A DNA stretch of 64,000 nucleotides from Octopus sinensis (GCF_006345805.1 NW_021833584.1:1-64000); one strand, 5' to 3'. Shown: positions 39,768 to 53,536, counted from the stretch's first letter. Notes: a model not told the origin generated them from the letters alone. Numbers and translations: made by a program.

Positions 39768-39968
39768 CAGTGCTTTTCAACATTTTTGCTGGAGCGGAAC
39801 CCCAAGGAAACATTCCACTGGCTCGAGGAACCCCTGTGCAATAATTTAATAGTCTTATGCACACATATCTGCACAGGAGAATTAAAAATTACTGCTGATT
39901 TTAGCAGTTTTGTAACTTCTTGCGGAACCCCTGGACTGTACTGGCGGAAACCTGGTTGAAAACCACTG
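39768..39968. mobile_element. hAT (Charlie-like) MITE, 201 bp
   Basis: 14-bp TIR CAGTGCTTTTCAAC/GTTGAAAACCACTG (1 mismatch), 8-bp TSD GTCTAACA at 39760-39767 and 39969-39976, subterminal GGAACCCC repeats. Confidence 0.95.
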
Positions 39969-40101
39969 GTCTAACATATTAAAATCTCAAGGTTCAGAAA
40001 AATTATATTACATATATATAAGAGAGATGACCACTACGTGGACAAACATTATGCTACAAGTAGATCCGCTATGGTCTAACCACTAAGAAAGGAATGTTCA
40101 C

Positions 40102-41190
40102 TTGAAATGCCCATGTAGTGGTCATCCCTCTTATAATATAATCGCACACAACATACAAAAACAACAAAATGAAACCAGCTGTTCATGCAAGGATAAAACA
40201 TTTTGCCCGGTAAATGGAGCTTGCATGTCCAAGACCATCATTTATGGAGCCACCGTAGACTCTACAACCACTAAGAACATAGTTTCATCAAAGAAATATA
40301 TGGGTCTCACAGAGGGGAATTTTTAAGCCAGGTTCAACAATCATGCCTCGAGCTTCAGACACTGGGATAAAAGAAAAACAACGAAATTATCCAGGCACAT
40401 ATGGTCCTAAAAAAGAAAAAGATTTTACTTACAACAGCCATTGGGAGACCTTAGCCAAGTGTAAGGATTACACCAACGGCAGAGGAAAGTGCGGCCTTTG
40501 TGATATTTAAAGATGTAGGCCCCGCTACATGTCTAAATTCAAGAACTGAACTTACTGGATCATATCCACATACGACTAAATATTTGTTACATTTTTGATC
40601 GCCCACTACCAAGATCAGAGATAGAACCTGCTTTATATATTGTGTCCACGTACAAGAATTTCATCTCTCTCTATATTTTATATATATATTTTTTTACATA
40701 GTTTTTATATATATTTTTATATTTTTATATTGCTTTATATATTCTTAAATATTTTACTGTATATTACCTTTCGCCCTGCATTTTTGTGCACGTGCGTATA
40801 TAGACATGTATATGAATATATATGTGCTCGTATGGCTATATATACGTGTGTGCGTGTGCGTGTATGCGAGTATGTATATGTGTACATATGTATGGTTGCA
40901 TATATATGTATGGCTGCATATATATGTGCGCATGTGTATGTATACCATGCGCGCATACGCGAATTCTATGAAGACTTTAAATTCTCTCCTTCGGGTTTTT
41001 CCTTTATTTAACGGTCATTATAGTAGCTCTTTTCTTTGTCTTAATAACGGTCATTTACATAGTAATTTCCCTTTGATTAACGGTCATTTTCATAGCATTT
41101 TTGTTGTCTTAATAACTGACGAGATGCCGGAGCAGATTTCCCTACTGACATCCGAAACTCGGCGTTTTATTATGGCAACTGATTAGTTGT
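40102..41190 (+). mobile_element. Penelope-like element: decayed GIY-YIG region plus 3' pseudo-LTR
   Basis: CSCKDKTFCPVNGAC..TIIYGATV...KYMGLTEGNF*ARFNNH.SSFRH..K.T.LSRHIW...GKCGLC; 3' region with three TAACGGTCATT repeats and a hammerhead motif. Confidence 0.85.
41103..41179 (+). ncRNA. Type I hammerhead ribozyme motif at Penelope 3' end
   Basis: Stem I 41103-41115 pairs with 41167-41179 (12/13), core CTGACGA 41116-41122, stem II GATGCCGG/CTGACATC, GAAAC 41154-41158, GTT cleavage triplet 41164-41166. Confidence 0.75.
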
Positions 41191-41322
41191 CACATATTAT
41201 ATATATATATACATATATGTATATATATATGCATATATATATATGCATATATATATATATTTATATGTATATAGAAACAAATATATATGCATATATATTC
41301 ATATATGTACATGCATACATTA

Positions 41323-41354
<32 letters not shown>

Positions 41355-41432
41355 ATATATATATATGCGCATATATATATGTGTGTGTGTTTTCATTCGT
41401 ACGTATTTATATAAATATATATGTATATATAT

Positions 41433-41472
<40 letters not shown>

Positions 41473-41689
41473 GCACACACACACACACACACATACACAC
41501 CTATAAATGTATGTATGCATACTTGTTTATGTTTAACACAGAGACAACAATAAATAACAAAACATCGTCTCCAGAATAAAGAACAAACGTAAAAACGCAG
41601 ATGACATGCGGAGTACTTAAGATGTCAGTTTGAGTCAGTCGGAATATACTTGAACATGTTTTTTTTTGGTTTAGCACTCAGAACGAAAC

Positions 41690-41708
41690 AAATAATAATA
41701 ATAATAAC

Positions 41709-41742
<34 letters not shown>

Positions 41743-41746
41743 TAAT

Positions 41747-41777
<31 letters not shown>

Positions 41778-41782
41778 TAAAA

Positions 41783-41825
<43 letters not shown>

Positions 41826-42000
41826 TATTAATAATAATAATAATAATAATATAATATAATAATAATAATAATGATATTAATAATAATAATAATAATATTA
41901 ATAATAATAATAATAATAATAAAAGTAATAATAATAATAATATAATAATATAATAATAATAATAATAATAAGAACAATAATAACAATAATAATAATGAAT
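41690..42000. repeat. (AAT)n microsatellite
   Basis: Direct reading. Confidence 0.96.
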
Positions 42001-42369
42001 GAATACAAGAATGTATAATGCGGCAAAAAATAAGAGAATACAAAAAAAATGACAAAAAGCCTACCAAATAAAAAGTAATAAATAAATAGAAAATATGGTG
42101 TACTTTGATTATATATTCTTCTCGCATGGCTTTGATGATTGGTTATATCGTTCATGTGACTTCGTCTCTTTCGCTTTTTCTTTCTTTCATCGTAGTGCGT
42201 AACTGCATACGCTTATGTGCACATGCATGTAGGTGTGTAATTACACATGTGGTTTTACATATATACATACATATACATATATACATATACATACACATAT
42301 GTATATATATACATACATATATAGACACATATATATATGAATGTATATATATATATATATATATGTATG

Positions 42370-42409
<40 letters not shown>

Positions 42410-42439
42410 CATACATATGTATACATATTTATACATATA

Positions 42440-43090
42440 TACACATACATATATATATACATATATATGGATACATATTTATGCATACATATATAGACAT
42501 ACATACACACACTCTCACACACACACAAATATATATAAATACATATACATATACATATAAACATATATATATATATAAATATACATATATAAATATTACA
42601 TATATATAAATATTTACATTTATATACATTTATATATATACTTTATATACGTATGTGCTCTGTATATATACATACATATATATATATATATATACGTGCA
42701 TACATACAGTTATACATGTATATATACAAACCTACAGTTATATATAAATATATACATATATACACATACATATATATATACATATATATGGATACATATT
42801 TATGCATACATATATAGACATACATACACACACTCTCACACACACACAAATATATATAAATACATATACATATACATATAAACATATATATATATATAAA
42901 TATACATATATAAATATTTACATATATATAAATATTTACATTTATATACATTTATATATATACTTTATATACGTATGTGCTCTGTATATATACATACATA
43001 TATATATATTATATACGTGCATACATACAGTTATACATGTATATATACAAACCTACAGTTATATATAAATATATACATATATATACACTT
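42440..43090. repeat. Tandem duplication of an about 322-bp TA/CA-rich unit
   Basis: GTATGTGCTC at 42651 and 42973; CAAACCTACAGTT in both units. Confidence 0.85.
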
Positions 43091-44383
43091 AAATATATGC
43101 ATATATATGTTTGTGTGCGTATATATATATACACAACATATGCGCATAATGTGTCTCAAAGTACGTAGCTGTTGCTTATTGGTGGAGGGGCTGGGATGGC
43201 GGTGACATTCATGTTGTAGCTGCTGCTGCTTTCTGCTTACTGTTGTTGTTGTTGTTGTTGTTGTGGCAGCTGTACTTATAGTTGTTGCTCTTGTTTCGTA
43301 TTAGCAATCTCTGTAGAAATGACACTAGTGATCAATACGATTTAATTACGATAACGAGTTCAATGGAATCTCCAAATAATTGGAAATACATCTCTATTCA
43401 GCGCTGCTAAATTTTTTTTTTCTTCTTTTTTTTTATATTTTTCCCTTGTTCTATGTTGTTTATTTTATATGTATTATACTTATTTCATTTATATATATTA
43501 CTTTTCTTATACATTTTATTTTTAAATTTTATTTTCCTTCATCCTATTATTTTTTTTTATTTTTTCCTCATTTTTTTTTTCACGTCCGTTTTTGCTTTTT
43601 GTCGTATGTTTTTACTATCTTATATATTTCTAATGTTTTTTTCTTGTTTTTTTTTTCTTGTTTTTTTTTTTCAAAATCTGGCTTTGCTTGATTACATCTT
43701 TCTCGTTTCTCTTTTGTCACTTTTTTTTCCTGGGAGGTGGGGGCCTATTTAGATTTTAGTTTTGTTGTCATGTTTATCTAATAAAGATTTACAATAACAT
43801 TTCCAAGTTCTCTTTTCTAACATTCTCATCCTTTCCATTCTTTGTCCTCTCTTTTCTATTCTCTCTCTCTCTTTCTCTCTCTCTCTCTCAGTGATTCTCT
43901 CTCTCTCCTCTCTCTCTCTTTCTCTTCTATGTTTTCAACGTAAAGCAATCAGAAACATGATGACTCACATAGATAACAACTATTAAACTGTTTCCTCATT
44001 ACAATATATGTGTGTGCATGCACACGCGGCACGCACAACATATATATACATATCTATCTATTTATCTCTCTCTCTCTCTCTCTCTCTATGTATATATATA
44101 CATATGCATATATATATACACGCACACGCATACATATGTATATATGTATATATGTATATATATATATAGATAGATAGATGTATGTTATATATATACAGTA
44201 CATATACATATACATATATATATAAACATATATATATTACAATACTATATGTATATATATATACATACATATACATATATATATATATAGTTAATATATA
44301 CGAATAGACGCAGAGAGAACACACGCCTATATGTGCACATCAACAATTATATATACGCGAACATGTATATAAATGTATATTAT

Positions 44384-44428
<45 letters not shown>

Positions 44429-44810
44429 GTGTGGTGTGTGTGTAAATATATATATAGATATAGGTATATATGATAATTATGTATATTATACATGCATACG
44501 TATTGACATACATTTTATGCATGTATGTATGCATATACGTGTATATATACGTGTAAGTGTGTTTGTGGTCGAATTCGCATTTACAATCACACTTATGCGC
44601 ACGCGCGCTTACGCTTGTGTGTGTGTGTGAGGACAGACGACCTTGGCGGCCTCTATAGACAACTAATGAGATTGGAAGCTTAAGAGACGTCTTCATCTTG
44701 CAATATATTTATCACTCAAAACGTCAATTCACTGTCACCATCCCTGAGTCCGCTGTTGGAACCTGTCTTCCAGGCCAAAGAGAGCAACAACAACAACAAC
44801 CACAAGACCG

Positions 44811-44860
<50 letters not shown>

Positions 44861-44861
<1 letters not shown>

Positions 44862-45494
44862 GATAAAACCATGTCAAGAAAAGCCCCTTCATGGTAAATA
44901 CTGCACTAAACTAAACGCAAAAGAAATAGACAAAGAAAAATCCCAGCAATGTTGAGAAGCTCAGGACTCAAAGCAGAAACAGAGGAGTTTTAATTGCAGC
45001 ACAAGACCAAAGCCTCCCCACCAGAAATTACCAAAACATGTAATGAAAAGAAATATCATGTAACTGCAGATAATGTGGTGGAGATGGACAAGAAACAATA
45101 AGTCATATTATCTCTGGCTGCCCAGTCCTGGCTAAGAAGGAATATATTCACAGACATGACAGAGTTGGAACCTACATACACTTGAAGCTATGCCAACATT
45201 ATGGAATAACAACAGAAAAAAGATGGTATAGGCACACACCAGAAAAGGTCACAGAAAACGAGAAAGCAACCATACTCTGGGATATGCCGATACACACAGA
45301 TTGAGAAATTAAGGCCAACAGACCAGATATAGTTGTCAGAGATCATGAAGAAAAAAATGCTTTCTAATTGATGTGTCGATACCACCGGATGACAACGTGT
45401 CTCTAAAGGAAATGGAGAAACTTTCAAAATACAAAGACCTGGAAATAGAGGTAACTCGAATGTGGAATCTAAAAACAGAAACAATTCCTATCAT
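44861..45494 (+). mobile_element. R4/Dong-clade LINE fragment (CCHC knuckle + restriction-like endonuclease), decayed
   Basis: EKPLHGKY, GLKAETE..IAAQDQSL.TRNY, C..CG.GQETISHIISGCP.LAK.EY..RHD, LWD.PIHTD..IKANRPDIVV..LIDVSIP..KLSKYKDL; starts at (AAT)n 44811-44860. Confidence 0.9.
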
Positions 45495-45629
45495 CTATGC
45501 GATAAGGAAGAAAGAAAATCGATAGATATGACAGGTTAGCTCGGGAAGTTAAGCAGTTGCGGTTACTGAAAACGGTGGTAGTAGCACCAATAATTGGCAG
45601 ACTCTTGGGAAAAGTAATTAAAAATCTTT

Positions 45630-45790
45630 ATAAGTACATGGAACAAATATGGGCTGCAGTAAGGATGGAGCTCTTGCAGAAAACAGGACTGCTTCGAAAC
45701 ACTCGAATACTCCGGATGGTCCTCGAAAAATAAGGGGTGTTACAGCTGACACCGTTGTACATCTCCAACGTTAGAAGCTGTGCAAAAACA
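45630..45790 (+). mobile_element. R4/Dong-like ORF C-terminus and 3' UTR (second family)
   Basis: LLQKTGLLRNTRILRMVLEK* resembles the LQK.ALLGTARILRKVL end; followed by CAA/AAT tail. Confidence 0.65.
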
Positions 45791-45835
45791 ACAACAACGA
45801 TAATAACAATATCAATAATACTATTAATAATAATG

Positions 45836-45901
<66 letters not shown>

Positions 45902-45903
<2 letters not shown>

Positions 45904-46032
45904 GAGCAAATATAAAGATCTGGAAATAGAAATCAGCAAAATGTGGAACCTGAAGACTGAAACAATACCTGTTGTCACAGGTCCCTGGGAATGATAGCAA
46001 AAGGGGCTGATTGCTACCTAACTCAGACACCA
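45902..46032 (+). mobile_element. R4/Dong-like fragment (third)
   Basis: SKYKDLEIEISKMWNLKTETIPVVTG; starts at (ATT)n; paralogous to 45425-45494. Confidence 0.85.
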
Positions 46033-46033
46033 G

Positions 46034-46720
46034 TGGGCAGAAGAGGAGATAAAGGAAATTAACAGGAATTGAAGAAAGCTCCTAATGATTCATGGTGCCC
46101 ATCATCCACGCGCAAACATTGATTGTTTGTACATGAAGAGAGAAAATGGAGGAAGTAGAATGATAAGTGTGGAAGACTGCATGCATATCGAACTCAAGAG
46201 CTTAATGAAATATCAAGCCCAAAGAATGGAAACCTTGTTTGTGACATTTAGAAACGAGGGAGTATTGAGAGCAGAGGGAAAAGGTAAAACAAAGGAAGAA
46301 GTACAAAAAGGACAAGAAGAATTACACAAGGGACCATACAATTAATTCCATGTAGCCACAACAGAAGTTGCTGGCAAAAATAGGTGGGATTGGCTGATGA
46401 AAGGAACCCTAAGAAAAGAGACCGAGAGCACTATGCTGGCAGCGTAAGACCAAGCGATGGCCACGAACTGGAGGCTGAACATTAGGGATGAGCAAGTGTA
46501 TCTGCCGTGCCGCATCTGCAATAGAGTGGATGGAACCATTGCCGATATCACGAACAAATGCCCTAGACTTGCCCCAAACCACTACAATTTGTGGCGACTC
46601 GGCCAGGTAGCGAAAGCGCTACATCGAAAACTGCGAACAGTGGGGGGCTGAGAGAGGCAAGACGTGGTATGAGCACAAACCGCCGGGAATGCCGAAGACT
46701 AGCAAAAGCCTGTTGGATGT
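46034..46720 (+). mobile_element. R4/Dong-like fragment (fourth), RT thumb to zinc knuckle, decayed
   Basis: RKLLMIHGAHHPRANIDCLYMKRENGG..ISVEDC, WDWL.KG.L.KETE...AA*DQA..TN, CRIC...TI.DIT..CP.LA..HY. Confidence 0.82.
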
Positions 46721-46729
46721 GGGAGAGGT

Positions 46730-47010
46730 ACATGATGAATTTGCTGGTTTTGCAGGGGGTCATTGAATGTTTCATAACGAGAGCTTCTGACTTAAACAGC
46801 ACGAAAATGGTGCCGTATTGTGTTTCCCTCACTATGTATTCGATGTCATTTCTGATGAAACTCAGCGCCGCCTCGATATCTATTGGGCTATCAAAGCCGC
46901 TATTTCCGTGTCTGCTGACATGCATCTGAAAAGCACCGTTCTTCTCTCCACTGCTTCACTTCCTCTGATAGGAATCAGCAGGCTGGCCCAAGTCTTCACT
47001 TGTTTTATTA
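46730..47010 (-). pseudogene. Possible L1/Tx1 ORF1-like remnant
   Basis: VERRTVLF..IDIEAALSFIRNDIEYIVRETQYGTIFVLFKSE pattern is reminiscent of non-LTR ORF1 RRM-like regions; not verified. Confidence 0.3.
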
Positions 47011-47254
47011 GTTTCCATGCTTGTGGTAGCATCTGCTCCCTATTTGTGAGGTCTACGGTAAAGTGTTGTTTGGTCTTCGCTGTTGCTACTGCGAGTGCAT
47101 TTTGTTTTTTTTTTGTTATTGGTATTATTCTCGTTGTTGTTTTTGTTGTTCTTACTGTTGCTGCTGCTCTCGTTATTGTTATTGTTGTTATCGTTGTACT
47201 TATTGATGTTGTTGGTATTGGTTTTTTTTGTTTTGCTGTTGTTAATTAGGTCTA

Positions 47255-47361
47255 ATAATAATAATAATATTATTATTATTTTTATTAGTAGTAGTAGTAG
47301 TAGCAGCAGCAGTTGGAGTAGTAGTAGTAGCTGTAGTAGTAGTAGTAGTAGTAGTAGTAGC

Positions 47362-47392
<31 letters not shown>

Positions 47393-47590
47393 TAGTCGCA
47401 GTAGTACTAGTAGTAGCAACAGGAACAGCAGCAGCAATAGCAGCAACAGCAACAGCAGCAGCAGCAGTAGTAGTAGTGGTAGTGGTAGTAGTAGTAGTAG
47501 TAGTAGTAGTCGCAGTAGTACTAGTAGTAGTAGTAGTAGTAGTAACAGCAGCAGCAACAGGAACAGCAGCAGTAATAGCAGCTGCAGCAA

Positions 47591-47645
<55 letters not shown>

Positions 47646-47670
47646 CGCAGCAGCAGTAGTAATAGTAGTA
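47255..47670. repeat. (AGT)n/(AGC)n compound microsatellite
   Basis: Direct reading. Confidence 0.96.
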
Positions 47671-48294
47671 GGACATATATTCCTCTACGGTTAGGTGTTA
47701 TTTACCGACGTAACGTCGGTTGACTTTTAAATCCGGGAATATATAAGCTCTTCAGAAAATCGAATTATCACTTGATCTGTTTCATAGCAGAAATTAAGAG
47801 AATGCGCTCCGAGTAAAATCTTTGGTTATGCCTGGGAATATTTCAGGATTAAAAGATTAACCCAATTACCATTATTTAAAACAAAAACAAAATTAATTCC
47901 AAGACTTCATCAGCAGTATTTCGAAATTGTATTATTACTAACAGAAAGCTGATTCGTAAAGGATTTATTTATCAGTATTCCAGCTGCATTTGTAGGTTTC
48001 CGGCTTATGTTTCCAAATTTTGCTGGTGTTACTATAATTCCAGCGAGATCTCCGCAGAAGTGTTCTTCGGAAATTTCCGCCATTCTTTAGCATTTGTTTC
48101 AGCGTTTGTTATTTTAAAAAGCGCTAATTTGTGCGCGGAATAAATATCAGGATATATGTGTGTTGTGTTCTTTTATGCATACATATGTGTGAGGATGTAT
48201 TTTAATACCTTAATTCCCTAACGTTCTTCTCTTTCTTTCTTTCTTTATGAACATATTCTTTTTTGTTGTTGTTGTTGTTGTTCTTTTATTTCTT

Positions 48295-48520
48295 ATAATT
48301 ACGTGTTTCAGTCATTTGATTGCGGCTGTGCTGTAGCACCGCCTAGAGACTTTCAGACGAAAAGAAATTCGACCGCAGGACATTTCCCATTTTTAAAGCC
48401 TAGTAAATATTCTATCGGTTTCTTTTGTCAAACCGCTAATTTACGGGGACGTAAATATGCCAGCATCGGTTGTGAAGTGGTGATGGGTGACAAACACTGA
48501 CACGAAGACACACACTCTTA
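48295..48520 (-). mobile_element. SINE family A, 3' half, diverged
   Basis: TTTCAGTCATTTGATTGCGGC...AGCACCGCC and downstream body. Confidence 0.8.
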
Positions 48521-48564
48521 GATATATCCAAATATATATATAAGTGCGTGTGTGTGTATGTGTT

Positions 48565-48623
<59 letters not shown>

Positions 48624-49744
48624 GTGTGTATAAGAAATTAAAGAAGGAAAATTCACTCACTTTAGATAGTTTTAACATATTTTTAAATATATTTTATATT
48701 GTGTTTATCGACCGGTTTCGCTTTCGGTAATCATGACATCAAATTATTTTAATTACATATTTTCTTAAGAAGGCATTTTTGTGCATGTTATATGTGCTGT
48801 TTATGAACGAATCAAATTATGATCGAAATTCCTCCTTTTTGTTCCTCCCTATATATATGTGTATGTATGTATGTATATACATATATATATATATGTATAA
48901 TATATATATATATATGTGTGTGTATATATATATGTATATATGTATACCTATCTATATATACATACATCCATATATATATATATATTGTCTGTCGAATGGG
49001 AGCCTGAAACTCCGAGTAACCGCTTTTTGTGATAATGTTGCAGCTTTAATAGAAACATATTACTCTACCTGTGGTATTCGAGTACTATTTTACCAACGTG
49101 TCTTGTATTAGTAATTAACGACAGTTTTGTTTTTTATACTAAAACTGTTGTAATTTACATTAATCATCCACCAACCCAAAATATATTATGTCAGGATTTC
49201 ACACAAATTCCGTTTTTCGAATTCTAGCAAGTCTGAACCAGAAGTCACATTGTTTGCGCAGCAGACGACTCTTAACATTAACAACACTGTCGCCTGGTTT
49301 TAAACGATGATGTAATGATTAGTGAATATGCTTGTTCTGTTGTTTTAAAAAGACAATTAAAGTGTTGGAATTATAATTAGTTCAACTAGATTCAACAAGC
49401 GTTATGTTAAAACGAAATATTTTGTTTGATGGCAATTTAGCAGATGTTTAAAAAGAGTAGGCGAAGGATTACTCTATAACTATCAAAAAAATATTTCAAC
49501 AGGTTCCTCTGTCTACCTCTGTCTATGCATTGCATCTGTTTGTATCTCTCTCTCTTTCTGCCTCTCTCTCTCTTTCTGCCTCTCTCTCTCCCTCGTCTAT
49601 CACAAAATATTAGCTTGTCTGAACGAAGCACTAGTTCAAAGGAAGACGCCATCCAAACGACTATTCTATTTTGCGATAGAAGAGAAAAATTGAAAAAAAA
49701 AACACGAAGATAGAAAAAACAATCTTTCCACATTACAGCAAAAA

Positions 49745-49790
49745 CAAAATAATAATAACAATAGTAATAATAATAATAATAATAATAACA

Positions 49791-49833
<43 letters not shown>

Positions 49834-49892
49834 TAATAATAATAATATTAATGATAATAATAATAATAATAGTAGTAGTAATAGTAATAGTA

Positions 49893-49925
<33 letters not shown>

Positions 49926-50090
49926 TAATTATAATAATAGTAATAATATAATAATATAATAATAATAATAATTAATAATAATATTGATAATAATAATAAT
50001 AATGATAATAATAATAAAAATAATGATAATAATAATATAATAATAATAATAAGAATAATAATAGTAATAATACTAATAATAATAATAATG

Positions 50091-50123
<33 letters not shown>

Positions 50124-50151
50124 TATAATAATAATAATAATAATAATAATG

Positions 50152-50200
<49 letters not shown>

Positions 50201-50290
50201 TAATAATGATGATATTAATAATAATAATATTATAATAATAATAATAATAATAATAATAGTAATAATAAAAATGATAATAATAATAAATGC
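49745..50290. repeat. (AAT)n complex microsatellite
   Basis: Direct reading. Confidence 0.96.
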
Positions 50291-50904
50291 AGAATATAAA
50301 TACAACAGAAAAAAAATCAATGCAAAATAGGAAAATAACTCTAATTCTTCGATGGAAACATAATTTCGTTTGACAAAGAACATGGAAGGTTCAAAGAATT
50401 GCCATTCACCGCCTTCACATACAAATAAACACACACACACATATATACACATACATACATACACACACTCACAACACCACACACAGCAAAAAAAATACCA
50501 TTTTCAATTAGGTCTAAACGTCTATGGACGCAGACATCAATCTAATAGATAAGCAATATATTTATTAGTATTGTTGTTGCTGTTGTTGTTGCTGTTGGTG
50601 GTGGTGGTGTTGTTGTTGTTGTTTTGTTCTTTGCAATATATTTTGCTATTTTTTTATCACCGGAATATTATTTTTTTTTATGTATTTGTGTTGTTGTCGT
50701 TTTACCTATTCTGTTATACTTCATTTTTTTTCACTGTACCACGCAAATAGGAAGATGTTTCAAAAAACAAAGCCGACAAAAGCAACAACAGCATCATCAT
50801 CATCATCATCATCAACAACAACAATAACAAGAACAAGAAGAACAACAACAGCAACAACAACAACGAAAGCAGCAGCATTCTAACAGTGAATAATGGCTCC
50901 TCTT

Positions 50905-50999
50905 CTCATTGCTGATGATGATGATGCTGTTGATGACGCTGTCAACGACCACGACTACGACAACGTTGACAACGGCCATAGGTATGATAATGATGAGTG

Positions 51000-51034
<35 letters not shown>

Positions 51035-51124
51035 AAGTATGATGATGATTATGATGATGGTGATGGTGATGATGATGATGATGATGAAGGTGATGAAGAT
51101 GATAACTATTGTTAATGATGATGT

Positions 51125-51157
<33 letters not shown>

Positions 51158-51535
51158 GGATTAGGATGATGATGAGGATGATGATGATGATAATGATGGT
51201 GATAATGGTGATGATGATGATGATGAGGAGGATGAGGAGGAGGAGGAGGATGAGGAGGAGGAGGATGATGATGATGATGATGATGAAGGTAATGATGATT
51301 ATGATGATGATGATGATGAGGATGATGAGGATAAGGATGATGATGACGATGATAATGATGATGATGATGATGAGGATGATGATGATGATGATGGTAGTGA
51401 TGATGATGATAATGATGATGTTGATGATGATGATGGTGATAATGATGATGATGAAGGTGATAATGATGGTGATAATGATGATGATGATGAAGGTGATGAT
51501 GATGATGATGATGATGGTTATGATGATGATAACTA
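50905..51535. repeat. (GAT)n/(GAG)n complex microsatellite
   Basis: Direct reading; explains poly-M/D ORFs. Confidence 0.96.
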
Positions 51536-51977
51536 TTGTAGTTTTATCGATGTTGATAACCATGTGGCTCCTGTTGCTGCTGCTGTTGCTACTTCCACTT
51601 CTACTACTGCTGCTGCTGCCACTGCTGCTGTCATCTGTAGTCTCTGCTGTTGTTGCTTCAGCGTTACACGGGTTAACAAAATGTTTTTTTATATATATAT
51701 ATGTATATAACAAGGATAAATCGTTTCATAGACACACATAATTAACCATTTTTGTTTTTTCCTTAAGCTATGAGTGAGTCCAGTTCTAAAAGGAAATAAA
51801 ATACACAGATTTGCGAACAGACCGTAACCCACTCACTTTTATCGATGGCAACAACAAAAGACTCACGGCAATGATGATTCTTTATTGGCGGGAAGAACAA
51901 GACAAAACGTACGAAGGTTAATACATGGCATCATAAATAATGGACCAGCAAACAAATGGTAATATCTCTCTATTTCC

Positions 51978-52008
<31 letters not shown>

Positions 52009-52020
52009 TCATATATATAT

Positions 52021-52077
<57 letters not shown>

Positions 52078-52078
52078 T

Positions 52079-52771
52079 GCAAAAAAGGCAGAAATTCGTT
52101 ATTTTCTGCCTTTTTTGCCATATACAGCTTACAATTCTGTTTGTTTGTGGAGACTTTTTACTAGTAGAGGAAATACTGACCAATTTTGGCTGCTATTTCT
52201 AATATTTTCGGTATGTGTTTGAGCAACTTGTTGCTTTTAACCCTTTATTATAATTATTATAACCCTTACCAAATATGGTCTTTTCCATACCGACAAATCT
52301 ACTAGGTGAAATTGATTAATTTTATTAATTAATTATATTCCCCCTTTATTGAATATATATATATATATGCATATATATATTTTAATACATGTATATATAT
52401 ATAAATATATATATGTACATATATGGATATATATATATATATATAATATATTATATATATATATATATATATTATATATATGGCAAAAAAGGCAGAAATT
52501 CGTTATTTTCTTCTGCCTTTTTTTGCCACATACAGCTTACAAATTCTGTTTGTTTTGGAGACTTTTTACTAGTAGAGGAAATACTGACCAATTTTGGCTG
52601 CTATTTCTAATATTTTCGGTATGTGGTTTTTGAGGCAACTTGTTGCTTTTAACCCTTAACCCTTTATTATATTATTATAACCCTTACCAAATATGGTCTT
52701 TTCCATACCGACAAATCTACTAGGTGAAATTGATTAATTTTTTAAATTAATTATTTCCACCCTTTATTGAA
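52079..52771. repeat. Two tandem about 275-290-bp units separated by (TA)n, each beginning with a hairpin
   Basis: Units 52079-52353 and 52483-52771; 16-bp perfect stem at 52079-52118. Confidence 0.9.
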
Positions 52772-52839
52772 TATATATATATATGCATATTATATTTATA
52801 TACATGTATATATATTATAAAATATATATGTACATATAT

Positions 52840-52891
<52 letters not shown>

Positions 52892-52906
52892 GCACACACA
52901 CCCATA

Positions 52907-52965
<59 letters not shown>

Positions 52966-53536
52966 CATATATGTATGCTATGTAGCTATGTATATAGAGA
53001 GAGACAGTAAAAAGACTTTCAGTGATGACCAAAACACACCTGGTTTGTTTTGCTTTTTTAAGCGGTCACCTTATTTAAACCAGTTCTGTCACAATGATAA
53101 AGGAAAAAATAATTAAATATATAAATGAATGGTGAATAGGAAGGTGGATATCCCATCTCTCTCTCTCTTTCCCTCTACCCATCTAGCTGACTATCTATCT
53201 GTCTATCAGCCTATCTCCCTACCTATCTTTCTATCTCTCGATCTCCATTGTCTAGGAACCTCACACCCCAAAAAAACAAAACAATGTTCTCTTCTAAACA
53301 AAACCCCGCAAAACATCTGTTTTATATAAATGAACAAACTGTTTGTACATTCAAAAAAATTGTATTTGAAGTTCTAGAGAAGAACGAAAGCGATATTAAT
53401 AATAATAATGAAGAAGAAAAAAAGGATATTTTCCAAAATTCTGACGACTGTTTTTCTCAATATTCCCTTATATACATCACACCTAACATTCTATACATAC
53501 ATACATACATACATACATACATACATACATACATAC

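Noticed and set aside
48706-48738. Hammerhead-like GAAAC-CG-GTC on minus strand with ATGATTA core and CCGAAAGC stem II
   Set aside because: Needs three substitutions to be canonical; possibly an old copy but not supportable alone.
48985-49020. CTGTCGA...GAAAC-TCCGA-GTA hammerhead-like string
   Set aside because: Stem II and stem I barely pair.
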